A stretch of 64,000 nucleotides of DNA from Nitrospirota bacterium (lineage in GTDB: Bacteria > Nitrospirota > UBA9217), in assembly GCA_963790205.1 (NCBI GenBank), contig CAWBNQ010000014.1:128001-192000 (forward strand). Direction: 5' to 3'. The position numbers were made by a program, and so were the translations under genes. Positions 63,659 to 64,000 of the stretch are shown in pieces; within the stretch, counting starts at the first letter, position 1, and every line of letters starts with the position of its first letter. The notes under the pieces are model-generated. The model did not search any database, was not told the origin of the DNA, and was given only the letters and a program-made list of their open reading frames with translations.

Positions 63659-64000
63659 TTATTCGGCTTTATCTTCTGCGTCTTCAGTTTGATGGACGCG
63701 AATGCGCCCGGTTTCAACGATCCACAGTTTGTTTTCTATGGGCATGGTTTCAAGTGCTTGCAGGAACTGCCGGACCAACTGTTCGAGGAGAGGCAAGGTA
63801 GGATTATGGGGGACCCGGATAACGACAATGCCGCTGCCCTCCCGCGGGGGAAACCTCAACACATCGGAGAAGTCCAAGTCGAGTGTTACCAGACACCGTT
63901 GTTCGGCGCGACAAACTTCGTAAAGCCGCATGTCCGCACAGCCTTGAAGATGCTGGTCCCGGACAGTCAGAACGTCATGACCGTGCAACCGAAAAATCTG
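63659..64000 (-). CDS. DUF5615 PIN-like protein (5' end outside window)
   Basis: GHDVLTV...LVTLDLDF...GIVVIR. Confidence 0.8.
   Translation of the reverse strand, partial: QIFRLHGHDVLTVRDQHLQGCADMRLYEVCRAEQRCLVTLDLDFSDVLRFPPREGSGIVVIRVPHNPTLPLLEQLVRQFLQALETMPIENKLWIVETGRIRVHQTEDAEDKAE

Overview
Bacterial chromosomal window, about 55-60% GC by eye. Gene content and order (murJ, rpsT, holA-lptE-leuS, der, csp-RRM-rpsU) suggest an anaerobic or microaerophilic Gram-negative, plausibly Nitrospirota or Desulfobacterota (inference). Housekeeping genes (rluB, guaB, murJ, rpsT, holA, lptE, leuS, der, rpsU) alternate with accessory, partly decayed segments. Main points: (1) a stand-alone, promoter- and terminator-bounded, highly structured RNA of about 300 nt (11005-11306) with nested helices and several GNRA tetraloops that I cannot assign to a known family; (2) three selenoprotein genes missed by the ORF track: an O6-alkylguanine methyltransferase with PUHRV, an ArsM-like methyltransferase with probably two UGA codons, and a DsrE-family UxxC protein in an ArsR-DsrEFH-Sqr operon, each UGA followed by a SECIS-like hairpin; (3) an apparent single polypeptide of about 2660 aa fusing FixC, FixX, two acyl-CoA dehydrogenase modules, EtfB and EtfA; (4) nested miniature CCTG...CAGG repeats and REP-like palindromes, two of them translated in frame inside proteins; (5) two matching ECF-sigma-type promoters driving Met/His-rich secreted proteins; (6) an intact IS5-family element with a CTAA target duplication. 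The essential gene leuS is frameshifted twice, so the assembly carries small indel errors and single-base frameshifts elsewhere should not be over-interpreted.
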